A DNA stretch of 64,000 nucleotides from an uncultured delta proteobacterium (GTDB taxonomy: Bacteria; Desulfobacterota; Binatia; Bin18): NCBI GenBank assembly GCA_963733195.1, contig CAVTCR010000009.1, positions 1 to 64,000 of the forward strand, given 5' to 3'. Positions 8,908 to 18,716 of the stretch are shown one piece after another. Every line of letters starts with the position of its first letter. Within the stretch, counting starts at the first letter, position 1. The notes beneath the pieces were generated by a model. That model was not told the DNA's origin. It made no database searches and saw nothing but the letters and a program-made list of their open reading frames with translations. Both the position numbers and the translations under genes were made by a program.

Positions 8908-9663
8908 TTACTGGAGAGTGAAGCAGGTCTCTATCGCCGTGTTGTTGCCAGTGGCCGTTCTGGCGATGATCTCGAACTTGAACTCGTCGCCCAGGGCAAG
9001 TGATGTCCGCTGGAACCTCGAACTGCGTCACTGTGGGCGGAAGGTCGACGGCGAACTTGAGGCCTCGCGCTCGACAAAGAACTGGTAGCGGGCGATTTCG
9101 ACCGGTCCCGTTTTGCCGATCTCGGGATGTGATGTCGTCACCGGATCCCAGTCGATGATGACGGGCTCGCTGACTGACTGGGAGGGGAACTGCGTCGCAG
9201 TTTTCTGCCGCCGGAATCTCCGTTAACCGTAATGTTGCCCACCGGGGCCGCCAGCACGTGGCTGAGCATCACTGTAGCCTTCGATCTCTTCTCCTGTCAG
9301 GCTCACGGCGTCGATTTCGTAAGTGCCTTCAGGAAACCGGCGGAAAAACTCTGCGGGAGCTAACTCGTCAAACGTTGGCTCAGCACTCTCGAAAAATAGC
9401 TGGGTAAGGCCCTGACGTGCCAAGCGCCCTATAGCTCTCAGGACCAGTATCACGCGCTCGTTCGGGTCTTCGATTTCCAGCCTCGAATAGGCCCCTCCAT
9501 CGATCGCACCGTGAATACCCAGATCTCCATCGGTGTCATTGAGCTCGACGAACAGTTCTGCCTCGGAGAATTCCGCGGCCTGAACCGCCGGGATAGCGGC
9601 TGCCAACGTAAGGCTGACCATCACTATCAGAGAGAGAGTTAACGGATTCATTCTTTTTCGCAT
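8908..9663 (-). CDS. Secreted acidic protein, paralog 2; several frameshifts in the 3' half
   Basis: Signal peptide ending VQA; ELNDTDGDLGIHG, FFESAEPTFDEL, RFPEG; shifted frames give AAENCDA, IIDWDPVTTSHP, FKFEII..GNNTAIETCF*. Confidence 0.8.
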
Positions 9664-9828
9664 TGTTGTGACTCCTTCTGTGTTTGAGAAGCTATCCACA
9701 CTCGAAAACAGCAACCCTTCCGTACGTCCGTAGGTCTCCACTGGTATGGTTATTGTGTAGTCATAGGAAAGCTCCTCCTTTGTTCAAAGTTATTCAGCCG
9801 AGATGGCTGTTACACTTGGAAGGAGAGA

Positions 9829-9842
9829 GCAAAGGGGGTGCC
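9829..9842 (-). promoter_or_regulatory. sigma54 -24/-12 promoter of paralog 2
   Basis: Minus strand GGCACCCCCTTTGC. Confidence 0.8.
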
Positions 9843-9903
9843 GCAAAGAGGTAAGAAAAATGTTGGATTTTTACCGAACAAGCCACGCAAAAATGCGGCG
9901 GCT

Positions 9904-9948
9904 GACAGTTCTTGCAGACAATCTTTGCGTGTTCCTGCCTTCCTTGCA
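9904..9948. promoter_or_regulatory. Putative enhancer (UAS), copy 2
   Basis: GACAGTTCTTGCA GACAATCTTTGCG plus a third TGCA box; 61 nt from the -24 element. Confidence 0.7.
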
Positions 9949-9997
9949 GGGGTGGGTAGGGAAGGGGGACGTGGTTACACGTCCTTGAGGAGGCCAG

Positions 9998-11762
9998 TCA
10001 TCGGGAAATCTCTGCCACTGGAAGATGGACGCGAAAGACCGTACCACGGCCTATCTCGCTCTCCACCGAGACACGGCCACGGTGCTCCTGCACCACTCGC
10101 TGAACGAACGTGAGACCCAGTCCTGCTCCGCCCTCACGACGGGTGAAGAATGGCTCGAAGATCCGGGCGCGAACCTCTTCGGTCATCCCGGGGCCGTCAT
10201 CGCGGACTTCGAAGCCGGCGTAGCCATCACGTACGGGCAGGATGGCAATCTCGATTGAGCCGCCATCCGGTAGAATCTGTACCGCGTTCACGAGGAGGTT
10301 CAACGCGACCTGATGGATAAGCTCGGGGTCACACAGAACCACCGGGTCCGGATCGATGGCACGGCGCCGGATGGTCACGTGCTTCTGGCGGGCTTGGGCA
10401 TCAACGAAGTCCGCTGTGCGAAAGAGAATCTGACCGAGTGGCGCCGGTTCAGGGCGCATTTTACGCGGCCGTCCGAGCTCGATCAGAGCCGAGACCACTC
10501 GTTCGATGCGATCGACTTCCTCTTGCAAGAGCCGGAGGAGTTCGCGTGACTCGTCGTCTTTCACTTCGAGTGAGCGTTCGAGGAGCTGAGCCGAACTGCG
10601 CAGGACACCGAGTGGCGTGCGAACCTCATGTGCGACACCGGCAGCCAGTTCGCCAACAAAGGAGAACTTTGCTGCCTCAACGAGCTCGCGTTCAGCACGT
10701 TTGAGGTCAGCAGCCATGCGGTTGAATGCGTCCGTGAGTGTCCCAATCTCATCTCGTGAGCGTACCGGAACCGTTGACTCCGGCCTCACGCCACGGCCAA
10801 CGGCTTCGGCTGCCCTGGTGAGTTCGGTCAAGGGTTCAGTTACCCGGCGAGCGGCAAGGAGGGAGATTGTTAGAGCGGCGAGCAGCGTCCCCCGAGAACT
10901 GTCGCTAGAAGTGTTACCATCCGACGGGCAGGAGCGAAAGCATTGGCAAGAGGTTCTGCAACGACCACTGTCCAGGGTGGTAGATCGTCGGGAAGCTTGG
11001 CATGACCGACAAGCATAGCCGCAGCTGGAGTCGATATACCCTGTGGTTGCATCGGTCCTTGCAGTATGCGAGATTGGAGGGGAAGTATGTCTCCGGGTTG
11101 CCACGGCCCATCCGTCCGGGCAGCACCGCCAATGACGATCCCGCGTGCGTCGAGAATCAGCACATCGGGGTCAAGGCTCACAGACACCAGGCTTCTCGCG
11201 CAGTCGCGCCATGACGTCCGTTCCCCGTCCCCAGTCGAAGAGTGCCACAAGCCGCCCGAGTCATCGCCTCGCGTGAGTCAGGGTCTGGCACTGGAACTGT
11301 AAAGCGGATAAGGTCCCGGCGGCATCGGTCGCTCTGGAATGGACCTTCAATCGTCTCTTCCGCGTCAGTCCCACCGGGTATCGTATTTTCATTCTCTCCG
11401 ATCCAGGAAGGGATTACTCGGAGGCGACGACGCGGCCCGCTGCGATTGAGCACGAGGAGATCCACACAGGCCGAACAGCCGCGCTTTACCGAGGCAAGAA
11501 ATGAGGAGATACGTTTGTCGAGGTCGGCGATACGAATTTCGCGCATCACATCCTGCGAGGCGAAAGACTCGAAACGTGCCCGCTCCGAGCGCAGGGTCGT
11601 GGCGAGACGGTCAGCTCCCTGTGAGCCTCCTCGACGAGCTGACGCCCGACCACCTGCGCAAGCGCCGCGCGGCTGCTCGAAAGCGAGATCGCTCCATAAA
11701 TGCCGCCAGGAATCAGGACCAGCGCGGTGCGAAAAGAAAAGAAGTTTGGTCCGCAACGACAA
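9998..11762 (-). CDS. Membrane sensor histidine kinase (periplasmic domain, HAMP, HisKA, HATPase); multiple frameshifts in the 5' half
   Basis: RDEIGTLTDAFNRM (HAMP), AHEVRTPL (H box), NLLVNA, DDGPG, FEPFFT, GAGLGL; N-terminus MSLRTKLL. Confidence 0.88.
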
Positions 11763-11958
11763 AGCCTGTACGCTCTCGGTACGTCACGTCGCCTGCTCCC
11801 TTTGCACGCACGGTCTCACAGGTGTGAAATTATATCAAGCAGTGAATCACTCGGGCTCCGCGATATGCCTCGAGTTATTCTCCAAATCGTTCTCCCTGTC
11901 GCAGCTCCACATTTGACTTTTGCATTTGGTGACAGTTGGTGATTTGACTCTGTCGATA

Positions 11959-13120
11959 TATTCCTCTAATAACCGCGAAATGCAGCGCTGCACCCGTGCA
12001 AATTCTGCCAGTCCTCCTCAGGTGCGGCTTCGTATCTCCTCTCTGCTTGTGATCGTGTTCTTCTTGTTAGTGCTCGTTTCACCCGCTGTGGGAGCGGACC
12101 CCGTGAAACAGCCACCTCCCAGCGTCGCTCCCGTCGAGCCGGAACTATTCGGTGCTGACACAGCACTTGGACGATTTTCATACCACACTGGTCGCGGCCT
12201 ACGGCTAGGGAAGACAGGGCTCACAGTTGGGGGATTCACAACCGTAGAGACGGAACTCCTTGAAGACGGCGAGCAGCGTGGCGGGATCGAGGAGCTAAAC
12301 TTCCTTATCTCCTTCGATCCGGTACCATTTGCCACACCTGTTTACCGAACTTGGGGTAGAGTCGCTGGCGGAAGTGGAGGAGGGTCGGCGGGGAGTGCAT
12401 TCAAATCCCTCGTTACAAGTCGAGCGGCTGTATCTAGACCTTGGATCTCGTGACGCTCTACGTCTACGGTTTGGCAAGTTTCAGACACCCATCGGACGGT
12501 GGAACCTGACACCGCGGGAACCGCTCCTGTGGACAACCTCTGAACCATTGATCGTAGAAGATGTGTTCGACGAGACGTCAACGGGAGCGATGCTGCATGG
12601 ATCGGTGTTCCCTCAGGGTGGGGCACTATCGTACTCACTGTACGGGACGTTCCTGCCTCCGCTCGATGCGGAAAGCGATGAAGACCCGGTCAGACGGAGT
12701 GCTGGGGCACACCTCGAATGGGCAAGTCTCAAAGGGTGGACCTTGGGAGCGTCGTATTTCGCCTCGCAACTGCGGAACGGCGAATGGAATCATTTGGGCG
12801 GTGCTGACCTCTTGTGGCAACTGCACAGGCGCGTCGAGCTGAGCGGCGAAGTGGTGTTCGGCGAGGGCAGTATCGAAGACGGCGCGACGTGGGGGTTGTA
12901 CGCTCAGGGTGTGGTGGAAACACTACCCACCCTGTACCTCGTCGGGCGTTACGAACGATTCAAGCCACCTGGCGGTGGGCGCGATATTAACCTGTTTGAC
13001 CTCGGTTTCGCCTGGGTACCAGTCCCCTATCTGCGCTTCAAGGCCGACTACGTTATCGCGGACCACCTTAATGAGATCTCTTCTCCCGGCTTGCGCATGT
13101 CGCTGTCAATTCTCTTTTGA
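11959..13120 (+). CDS. Outer-membrane beta-barrel (OprO/OprP-like porin); frameshift near 12333
   Basis: Signal peptide; LFTELG, LQVERLYLD, RFGKFQTPIGRWN; amphipathic strands; C-terminal Phe (LSILF). Confidence 0.75.
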
Positions 13121-13126
13121 ACTGTT

Positions 13127-13555
13127 ATGGGCACGCGACTTCTCAGCATAGCTCTCGCACTCCTCGTCTTCGCACCGGCGAACATCGCCGGGCAAGAGAG
13201 CCGTGTGGCGGTGATTGTTCATCCCGAGCGACGTGCCGAACTTTCGGCCGACGAAGTCGCGCAAATCTATCTTCGCCGTAAGCGTTTCTGGGACGACGGT
13301 ACACCTATCGTCCCGCTGAATCTTCCCTCGCAGGCGCCGCTGCGCACACGGTTTTCACGACTTGTGCTTCAACAGACTGAGCCTCGACTTGCGGACTACT
13401 GGAACCGGCTGTACTTCGACGGCATCCTTCCGCCAGCGACTCTCGCCTCGACTGAAGCCATCCGCCGTTATGTCGCTTCTGACGCAAATGCGATCGGGTA
13501 CGTTCCCGTCTCGGAGGTCGATGGAACGGTCCGCGTCATTCTGCAGTTGGAGTGA
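13127..13555 (+). CDS. Small periplasmic protein, PBP2/phosphate-binding-like single domain
   Basis: Signal peptide; VAVIVHP, IYLRRKRFWDDG, YWNRLYFDGILPP, VASDANAIGYV. Confidence 0.8.
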   Translation: MGTRLLSIALALLVFAPANIAGQESRVAVIVHPERRAELSADEVAQIYLRRKRFWDDGTPIVPLNLPSQAPLRTRFSRLVLQQTEPRLADYWNRLYFDGILPPATLASTEAIRRYVASDANAIGYVPVSEVDGTVRVILQLE

Positions 13556-13666
13556 GGACGCAGGCGTTGCCGCATCGCCTTGAAAAAAATAGCCACTCCA
13601 TCAGTGTACTCTAAATCGAAGCACAGAAGATTCGCACACTTCTTCTGCGGGTGAGACATCCGAGCA

Positions 13667-14509
13667 CTACTCCGTCTCGAAGCAGGTCTCAGCGGCGGTC
13701 TGGTTTCCACTTGCTCCTCTCACCACGATCTCGAGCTTGAATTCCGTGCCTAAAGCGATCAATTCCGGCGGAACCGTCACCTGTGGTTCGTTCGAGGGCG
13801 GAAGGTCGACACTAAACACGAGGAGGGTTGGGTCCTCCCGTTCGACGACGACTTGGTAGCCGACTATTTGAATTGCTGGATCAGATCTACCTATCCTGGG
13901 GTGTGATTGTGTAACAGGAGCCCAGCTGATGATGACCGGCTCGTCGCCGTCAACGGACGGAAGGAGGGCTGCATCGCAGTTCTCCGCCGCAGGAATTCCT
14001 GAGATCAAGATGTTTGCTGGCGGAGCTGGCAGAACATGCGTGAGCACCGCTGTGCTCTCTAGCTCATCTCCCTCAACTGTCTCGCCCTCGAATTCATATT
14101 CCCCCTCCGGGAACCGGGTCAGGAACTCGGTGGGCGGGAGTTCATCGAACGACGGCTCGTCGCTCTCGAAGAACACCTCGGTTAGGCCGTGCTGCCCAAG
14201 GCTCCCTCTGCCCCTGACCACAAGAATTTCTCGGTCGTCCGGGCCTTCGATCTCGAGCTTCTTCCAGGCGTCTCCATCAACGAGACCATGAATGCCTAGG
14301 TCGCCATCCGTATCGTTGAGCTCCAAGAAAATCTTCGCTTCGTCGAAGGGGGCCCCCTCCCCGTCGTCGTCTTCATTGTCATCATCGGCCCGGCTTCCCG
14401 GAGCAACAGCCACCACACTGAGGATGACTACCACCAGCAGTGAAAAGACCAACAGTCCCATGCTTTTTCGCATGGCCATGACTCTTGTCTTGTTTGAGAG
14501 AGTATTCAT
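13667..14509 (-). CDS. Secreted acidic protein, paralog 3 (intact)
   Basis: Signal peptide; DDDNEDDDGEG; ELNDTDGDLGIHG, FFESDEPSFDEL, AAENCDA, GNQTAAETCF. Confidence 0.85.
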   Translation of the reverse strand: MNTLSNKTRVMAMRKSMGLLVFSLLVVVILSVVAVAPGSRADDDNEDDDGEGAPFDEAKIFLELNDTDGDLGIHGLVDGDAWKKLEIEGPDDREILVVRGRGSLGQHGLTEVFFESDEPSFDELPPTEFLTRFPEGEYEFEGETVEGDELESTAVLTHVLPAPPANILISGIPAAENCDAALLPSVDGDEPVIISWAPVTQSHPRIGRSDPAIQIVGYQVVVEREDPTLLVFSVDLPPSNEPQVTVPPELIALGTEFKLEIVVRGASGNQTAAETCFETE

Positions 14510-14567
14510 AGAAACGTTCCCCCTTCGCTTGCAGAATTCAGCCGAGGTGGCTGTTACGCAGGGAGGA

Positions 14568-14581
14568 GCACTTCCCGTGCC
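14568..14581 (-). promoter_or_regulatory. sigma54 -24/-12 promoter of paralog 3
   Basis: Minus strand (T)GGCACGGGAAGTGC(T). Confidence 0.8.
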
Positions 14582-14644
14582 AGCGATGAAAGGTCAAAAG
14601 GGCTGGATGTTCGGAAGAGGGAGGGGCGTTGAAGTGGAGAGTCC

Positions 14645-14688
14645 GACGTTTTTTGCAGACAAATCCTGCATGATTCACGTTTTGTGCA
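14645..14688. promoter_or_regulatory. Putative enhancer (UAS), copy 3
   Basis: GACGTTTTTTGCA GACAAATCCTGCA plus a third TGCA box; 63 nt from the -24 element. Confidence 0.7.
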
Positions 14689-14720
14689 GTGCACGTTCAG
14701 CAAGAAGTAGTCAACTTTTT

Positions 14721-14794
14721 AGGGGCTGGGGATTAGGGATTGGGGGCTAGTGTTTTCTGTTTTTACCCACTCCTAACCCCTAGCCCCCAACCCC
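14721..14794. repeat. 7-mer tract with inverted arms (GGGGATT / CCCCTAA class)
   Basis: aggggct ggggatt agggatt gggggct ... cctaacc cctagcc cccaacc. Confidence 0.8.
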
Positions 14795-14822
14795 TTTTTT
14801 CTTGCTGAAAGCTGACCGCTGA

Positions 14823-16190
14823 CTATGACAGCCCGTATTTCTTCACCTTATACCAGAGTGCTCGCTCACTCATATCGAGTATCCGAGCAGCCTTTGCTTT
14901 ATTGCCGTCCGTCTGGGCCAGAGCTTTGGCGATGAATTCTCTTTCCAGATGCTCGATCGCCTGCGGGAGCGATATGGACTCGGGAAGAGCAGGGCGCTCG
15001 GCAACAGACAGACGCGCACTCGGCACGACAATTTCCTGGGGCAAATGCGTACTGTCGATGGGTTTCCCGCGACTCAGAACGGCGGCCCGTTCAAGGACAT
15101 TTTCCAACTCACGGACATTACCGGGCCAATCATACTGTTGCAGACTCTGCAGTGCCTGATCACTGATTTGCAATCGTTCATACCCTAACTTGGTTCCGTG
15201 ATGCTCAAGGAAGTGTTGGACCAGGAGCGGAATATCTTCCACCCGTGCCCGCACAGGTGGCATCTCTAGCGTGAAGACGTTAATCCGATAGAAGAGATCT
15301 TCCCGTAAGAGACCGTTCTGCACAGCCTGCTGCGGGTTGCGGTTGGTTGCCACAACGACACGAATATCCACCGAGACGCGCCGGTTACTGCCCAGTCGTT
15401 CTATTTCTCGTTCTTGTAACACTCGCAGCAGCTTTGCCTGCATCGGCAGTGGCATTTCCGTAATCTCATCAAGAAAAATAGTGCCGCCGTGGGCCATCTC
15501 AAACTTTCCCGCACGGTCTTGCGCCGCACCAGTGAAGGCCCCCCGAGTATGTCCGAAAAGTTCGCTTTCCAGGATGTCATCGGGAATCGCCGCGCAGTTA
15601 ATCGGCACGAACAGAGCCTTCTTTCGTGGCGACGCGCGGTGAATCGCCCGCGCAGCAAGTTCTTTACCCGTTCCCGTCTCGCCCGTAATCAGGACATTAG
15701 TGTTGTTGGGCGCGACTTGGTGAATGAGATCGTAGACGTGTTGCATGGCGGCACTGCGACCGACAAATTCGCCCCAGCCTTTTTCAACTTCTTCGCGCAG
15801 GAACAGGTTTTCTCGTCGAGTGCGTTCTGTCGTCAGGGCGCGGGTAATGACGCGTTCCACGGCCTCAACATCGAACGGCCGCAGAATATAATCATAGGCT
15901 CCCAACTTCATTGCTTGGACCGCGCTTTCGACCGTTCCGTACGCGGTAAGGAGAATGACCGGCGCCTCAACCTTTTGCGCGCGCAGCGCATCGAGCAAAG
16001 TCAGACCGTCCATCTCTGGCATTCTGAGGTCAGTCAGGACTAAATCGAAGGATTCCCGTTGGGCCAGGGCGAGCGCCTCCTGTCCGTTGCGTGCAGCGCG
16101 AGTCTCAAGTCCCATCTTTTGCAGCATGATTTCGAGCACCCGCCGCATCCGGGCTTCATCATCAACGACAAGAACGCGCTGCTGACTCAT
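14823..16190 (-). CDS. sigma54-dependent response regulator (NtrC/AtoC/ZraR family)
   Basis: REC (VVDDE, DLRMP), GETGTGKE, ESELFGH, GAFTGA, WPGNVRELEN, Fis-type HTH. Confidence 0.96.
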   Translation of the reverse strand: MSQQRVLVVDDEARMRRVLEIMLQKMGLETRAARNGQEALALAQRESFDLVLTDLRMPEMDGLTLLDALRAQKVEAPVILLTAYGTVESAVQAMKLGAYDYILRPFDVEAVERVITRALTTERTRRENLFLREEVEKGWGEFVGRSAAMQHVYDLIHQVAPNNTNVLITGETGTGKELAARAIHRASPRKKALFVPINCAAIPDDILESELFGHTRGAFTGAAQDRAGKFEMAHGGTIFLDEITEMPLPMQAKLLRVLQEREIERLGSNRRVSVDIRVVVATNRNPQQAVQNGLLREDLFYRINVFTLEMPPVRARVEDIPLLVQHFLEHHGTKLGYERLQISDQALQSLQQYDWPGNVRELENVLERAAVLSRGKPIDSTHLPQEIVVPSARLSVAERPALPESISLPQAIEHLEREFIAKALAQTDGNKAKAARILDMSERALWYKVKKYGLS

Positions 16191-16330
16191 GACACAACAC
16201 TCCTTTTGTTGGGGAATTGGACCACAAAACAGGCTCCTCGGTCACAAGGTTCGATAATAGCAAGTATCTCGCCATGTCCGCGTCTACAGCGGGTTGCAAT
16301 TGCCTGGGTCCAAACCCACATACTGCTTAG

Positions 16331-16500
16331 CCTGAGCGTAACGAAGCGAAGTCGAAGGCCGCCCTGCCTCTGACGGCAGGCGCAGCCTGCCCTACGGGCT
16401 CAGGAGAGAGGAAAACAGGGAAAGGAATAAGTGGGGAAAGGCTACAGGCAGTTTTTTCCTTTTCGCCTTTTACCCTTTTCACCGGTTTCCCCTTTCTCGC
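16331..16500. repeat. CCTGAGC...GCTCAGG REP-like element with nested hairpin, followed by an 8-mer purine/pyrimidine inverted tract
   Basis: cctgagcg..gaagtcgaagg..cctgcc-tctgac-ggcagg..gctcagg; then tttcgcct tttaccct tttcaccg gtttcccc. Confidence 0.65.
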
Positions 16501-16560
16501 TGTGGTCGTCTGTACTTTCCGCTCTGCCTTCCTTATTCTAACCTGCCCTTTTACACACCT

Positions 16561-17478
16561 ATGGAGCAACCGCAAATTGTCATCATCACTGGTCCGACGG
16601 CGACCGGGAAAACTGCGCTTGCGATTGAACTTGCGACCCAGTACGAGGCGGAAATCGTCAGTGCTGACTCGCGCCAGGTGTATCGTTATCTCGACATCGG
16701 TACGGCAAAACCCACGCCCGCACAACGTACAGCGGTCCCGCATCATCTTATCGACATCGTGGACCCAGATAAGCAGTTCGACGGAGCACAGTTTCGGACG
16801 TTAGCGTTGGCAGCAATCGAGAGCATCTTGCAGCGAGGGAAACGCGTCCTTGTGGTCGGTGGTACCGGACTCTATCTCCGCATGCTGACCCGTGGCCTCT
16901 TTGCTGGACCTCCGGCGGACCCCGCGTTGCGTACTCGTTTGCACGAGCAGGAACAAAGCGAAGGGAAGGGTTTCTTGCATCAGTGCTTACGTGACGTTGA
17001 TCCAGACACTGCGAACCGTTTGCACCCGAATGATATCGTGCGATTGATTCGTGCATTAGAAGTGTTTCTCATCACGGGAAAACCGATGAGCCACTGGCAG
17101 CGTGAGCACGGGTTTCGTGAACGTCAGTTTGCTACGTTGACGCTCGGTTTAGTGTGTGAGCGTGAAACCCTCCACCAACGCATTGCCGAACGTTGTCAAC
17201 AAATGTTGAAAGATGGCCTTGTTGACGAAGTACGCCGCGTATGGAACATGGGGTACGGACCTCAACTGCCAGTGATGAAAACTATCGGGTATGCGCAAGT
17301 CGGAGCGTTTCTCCAAGAACAGTGTAGTAGCGAAGAGGCGCTCGCGCAGATGACGACAGAAACAAAACAGCTAGCGAAGCGGCAATTGACGTGGTTCCGT
17401 GCGGAACCAGACGTTCAGTGGTTTGCACCCTCCCAAGGACGAGAGATCGCTTCTGTGATAGGGAAGTTTTGGCAATAG
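16561..17478 (+). CDS. miaA: tRNA dimethylallyltransferase
   Basis: GPTATGKT, DSRQVYR.LDIGTAKP, VGGTGLY, LAKRQLTWF. Confidence 0.97.
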   Translation: MEQPQIVIITGPTATGKTALAIELATQYEAEIVSADSRQVYRYLDIGTAKPTPAQRTAVPHHLIDIVDPDKQFDGAQFRTLALAAIESILQRGKRVLVVGGTGLYLRMLTRGLFAGPPADPALRTRLHEQEQSEGKGFLHQCLRDVDPDTANRLHPNDIVRLIRALEVFLITGKPMSHWQREHGFRERQFATLTLGLVCERETLHQRIAERCQQMLKDGLVDEVRRVWNMGYGPQLPVMKTIGYAQVGAFLQEQCSSEEALAQMTTETKQLAKRQLTWFRAEPDVQWFAPSQGREIASVIGKFWQ

Positions 17479-17490
17479 TAGAATGCAGAG

Positions 17491-17585
17491 GGCGAAATGG
17501 CGAACAGGGGAAAAGGCGAAAAGGACAACAAAGATTTTTTCTCTTGACCTATTCCCCATTTTCCCTTTTACCCTTTTCCCCTGTT
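17491..17585. repeat. 8-mer tract with inverted arms
   Basis: ggcgaaat ggcgaaca ggggaaaa ggcgaaaa ... attttccc ttttaccc ttttcccc. Confidence 0.75.
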
Positions 17586-17594
17586 GGAGAGAGT

Positions 17595-18584
17595 ATGCCA
17601 AGTTCGTATCTCGATTTTGAGCAACCATTAGCCGACGTTGATAAGCGTCTTGATGAGTTGCGTCGGTTATCTGCGCGGTCAGAAGAAGAACAAGCGGAAC
17701 TGACTCAGTTAGCCGAACAAAGTCAACAGCTTGAGCTGGAGATTTACGGATCATTGTTGCCCTGGCAGCGAGTGCAACTATCCCGTCACATCGATCGTCC
17801 GTATACCCTCGATTACATCGAGCGGCTGTGTTCTGAATTTGTCGAACTTCACGGCGACCGCAACTTTTCTGACGATCCGGCGATTGTTGGTGGGCTGGCG
17901 CGTTTTCGTGGACAACCAGTGGTGGTGGTTGGGCATCAACGTGGGCGCACCACCGCCGAAAAAGTGAAGCGTAACTTCGGCATGCCACGTCCTGAAGGGT
18001 ATCGCAAAGCGCTACGGCTATTTCAGCTTGCCGAGCGATTCCATCGTCCGATCCTTACGTTTATCGATACGCAGGGCGCGTATCCAGGCATCGATGCAGA
18101 GGAGCGTGGTCAGGCCGAAGCCATTGCCCGCAATATCCGAGAAATGGCAGGGTTACGGACGCCGATCGTTGTGACTGTCATTGGCGAAGGTGGCAGTGGT
18201 GGTGCACTCGCGTTGGGGGTCGGTGATCGTGTGCTCATGCAAGAAAATGCGTGCTATTCGGTTATTACCCCTGAAGGGTGTGCAGCAATTCTCTACGGTG
18301 AACGTACTCCCGAGCGTGTGTCGTGGGCAGCAGAAGCACTGAAAATCACTGCGGCGGATTTGCTCGCACTCGAAGTGATTGATGCGGCGATTCCTGAGCC
18401 GCCAGGTGGAGCCCACCGTCACCCAGAGGCTGCGGTGGCCGCGGTTGGCGATGTGCTTGAGCAGCAACTGAAAGAACTCATAGTGTTACCGGTTGAAAAG
18501 TTAATGGAGCAGCGTTACACGAAGTTCCGTCGGATGGGATCTGTTGCCATCGTGGAAGGGAAAAACGACCATTCCGGAAAATAA
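17595..18584 (+). CDS. accA: Acetyl-CoA carboxylase carboxyltransferase alpha subunit
   Basis: YLDFEQP, ELHGDR, NFGMPRPEGYRKALR, GEGGSGGALA. Confidence 0.97.
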   Translation: MPSSYLDFEQPLADVDKRLDELRRLSARSEEEQAELTQLAEQSQQLELEIYGSLLPWQRVQLSRHIDRPYTLDYIERLCSEFVELHGDRNFSDDPAIVGGLARFRGQPVVVVGHQRGRTTAEKVKRNFGMPRPEGYRKALRLFQLAERFHRPILTFIDTQGAYPGIDAEERGQAEAIARNIREMAGLRTPIVVTVIGEGGSGGALALGVGDRVLMQENACYSVITPEGCAAILYGERTPERVSWAAEALKITAADLLALEVIDAAIPEPPGGAHRHPEAAVAAVGDVLEQQLKELIVLPVEKLMEQRYTKFRRMGSVAIVEGKNDHSGK

Positions 18585-18716
18585 TTACCTCCTGACATCC
18601 ACAAAGATCGTGACAGTATGGTAGGGGTGTTCGATCGGACGCCCCTCCTTTTTCTCTTGGCGTGGAGCAGCTACAAACCGTAGACGTTCATAGGAAACCA
18701 TAGTAAGAGACCGTCC

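Noticed and set aside
13127-13555. pstS of a phosphate ABC transporter
   Set aside because: Too short for PstS and no pstCAB nearby
17391-17594. N-terminal extensions of AccA (also TyrA from 20950 and RpsA from 24100)
   Set aside because: They overlap upstream genes or repeat tracts; homology begins at downstream ATGs
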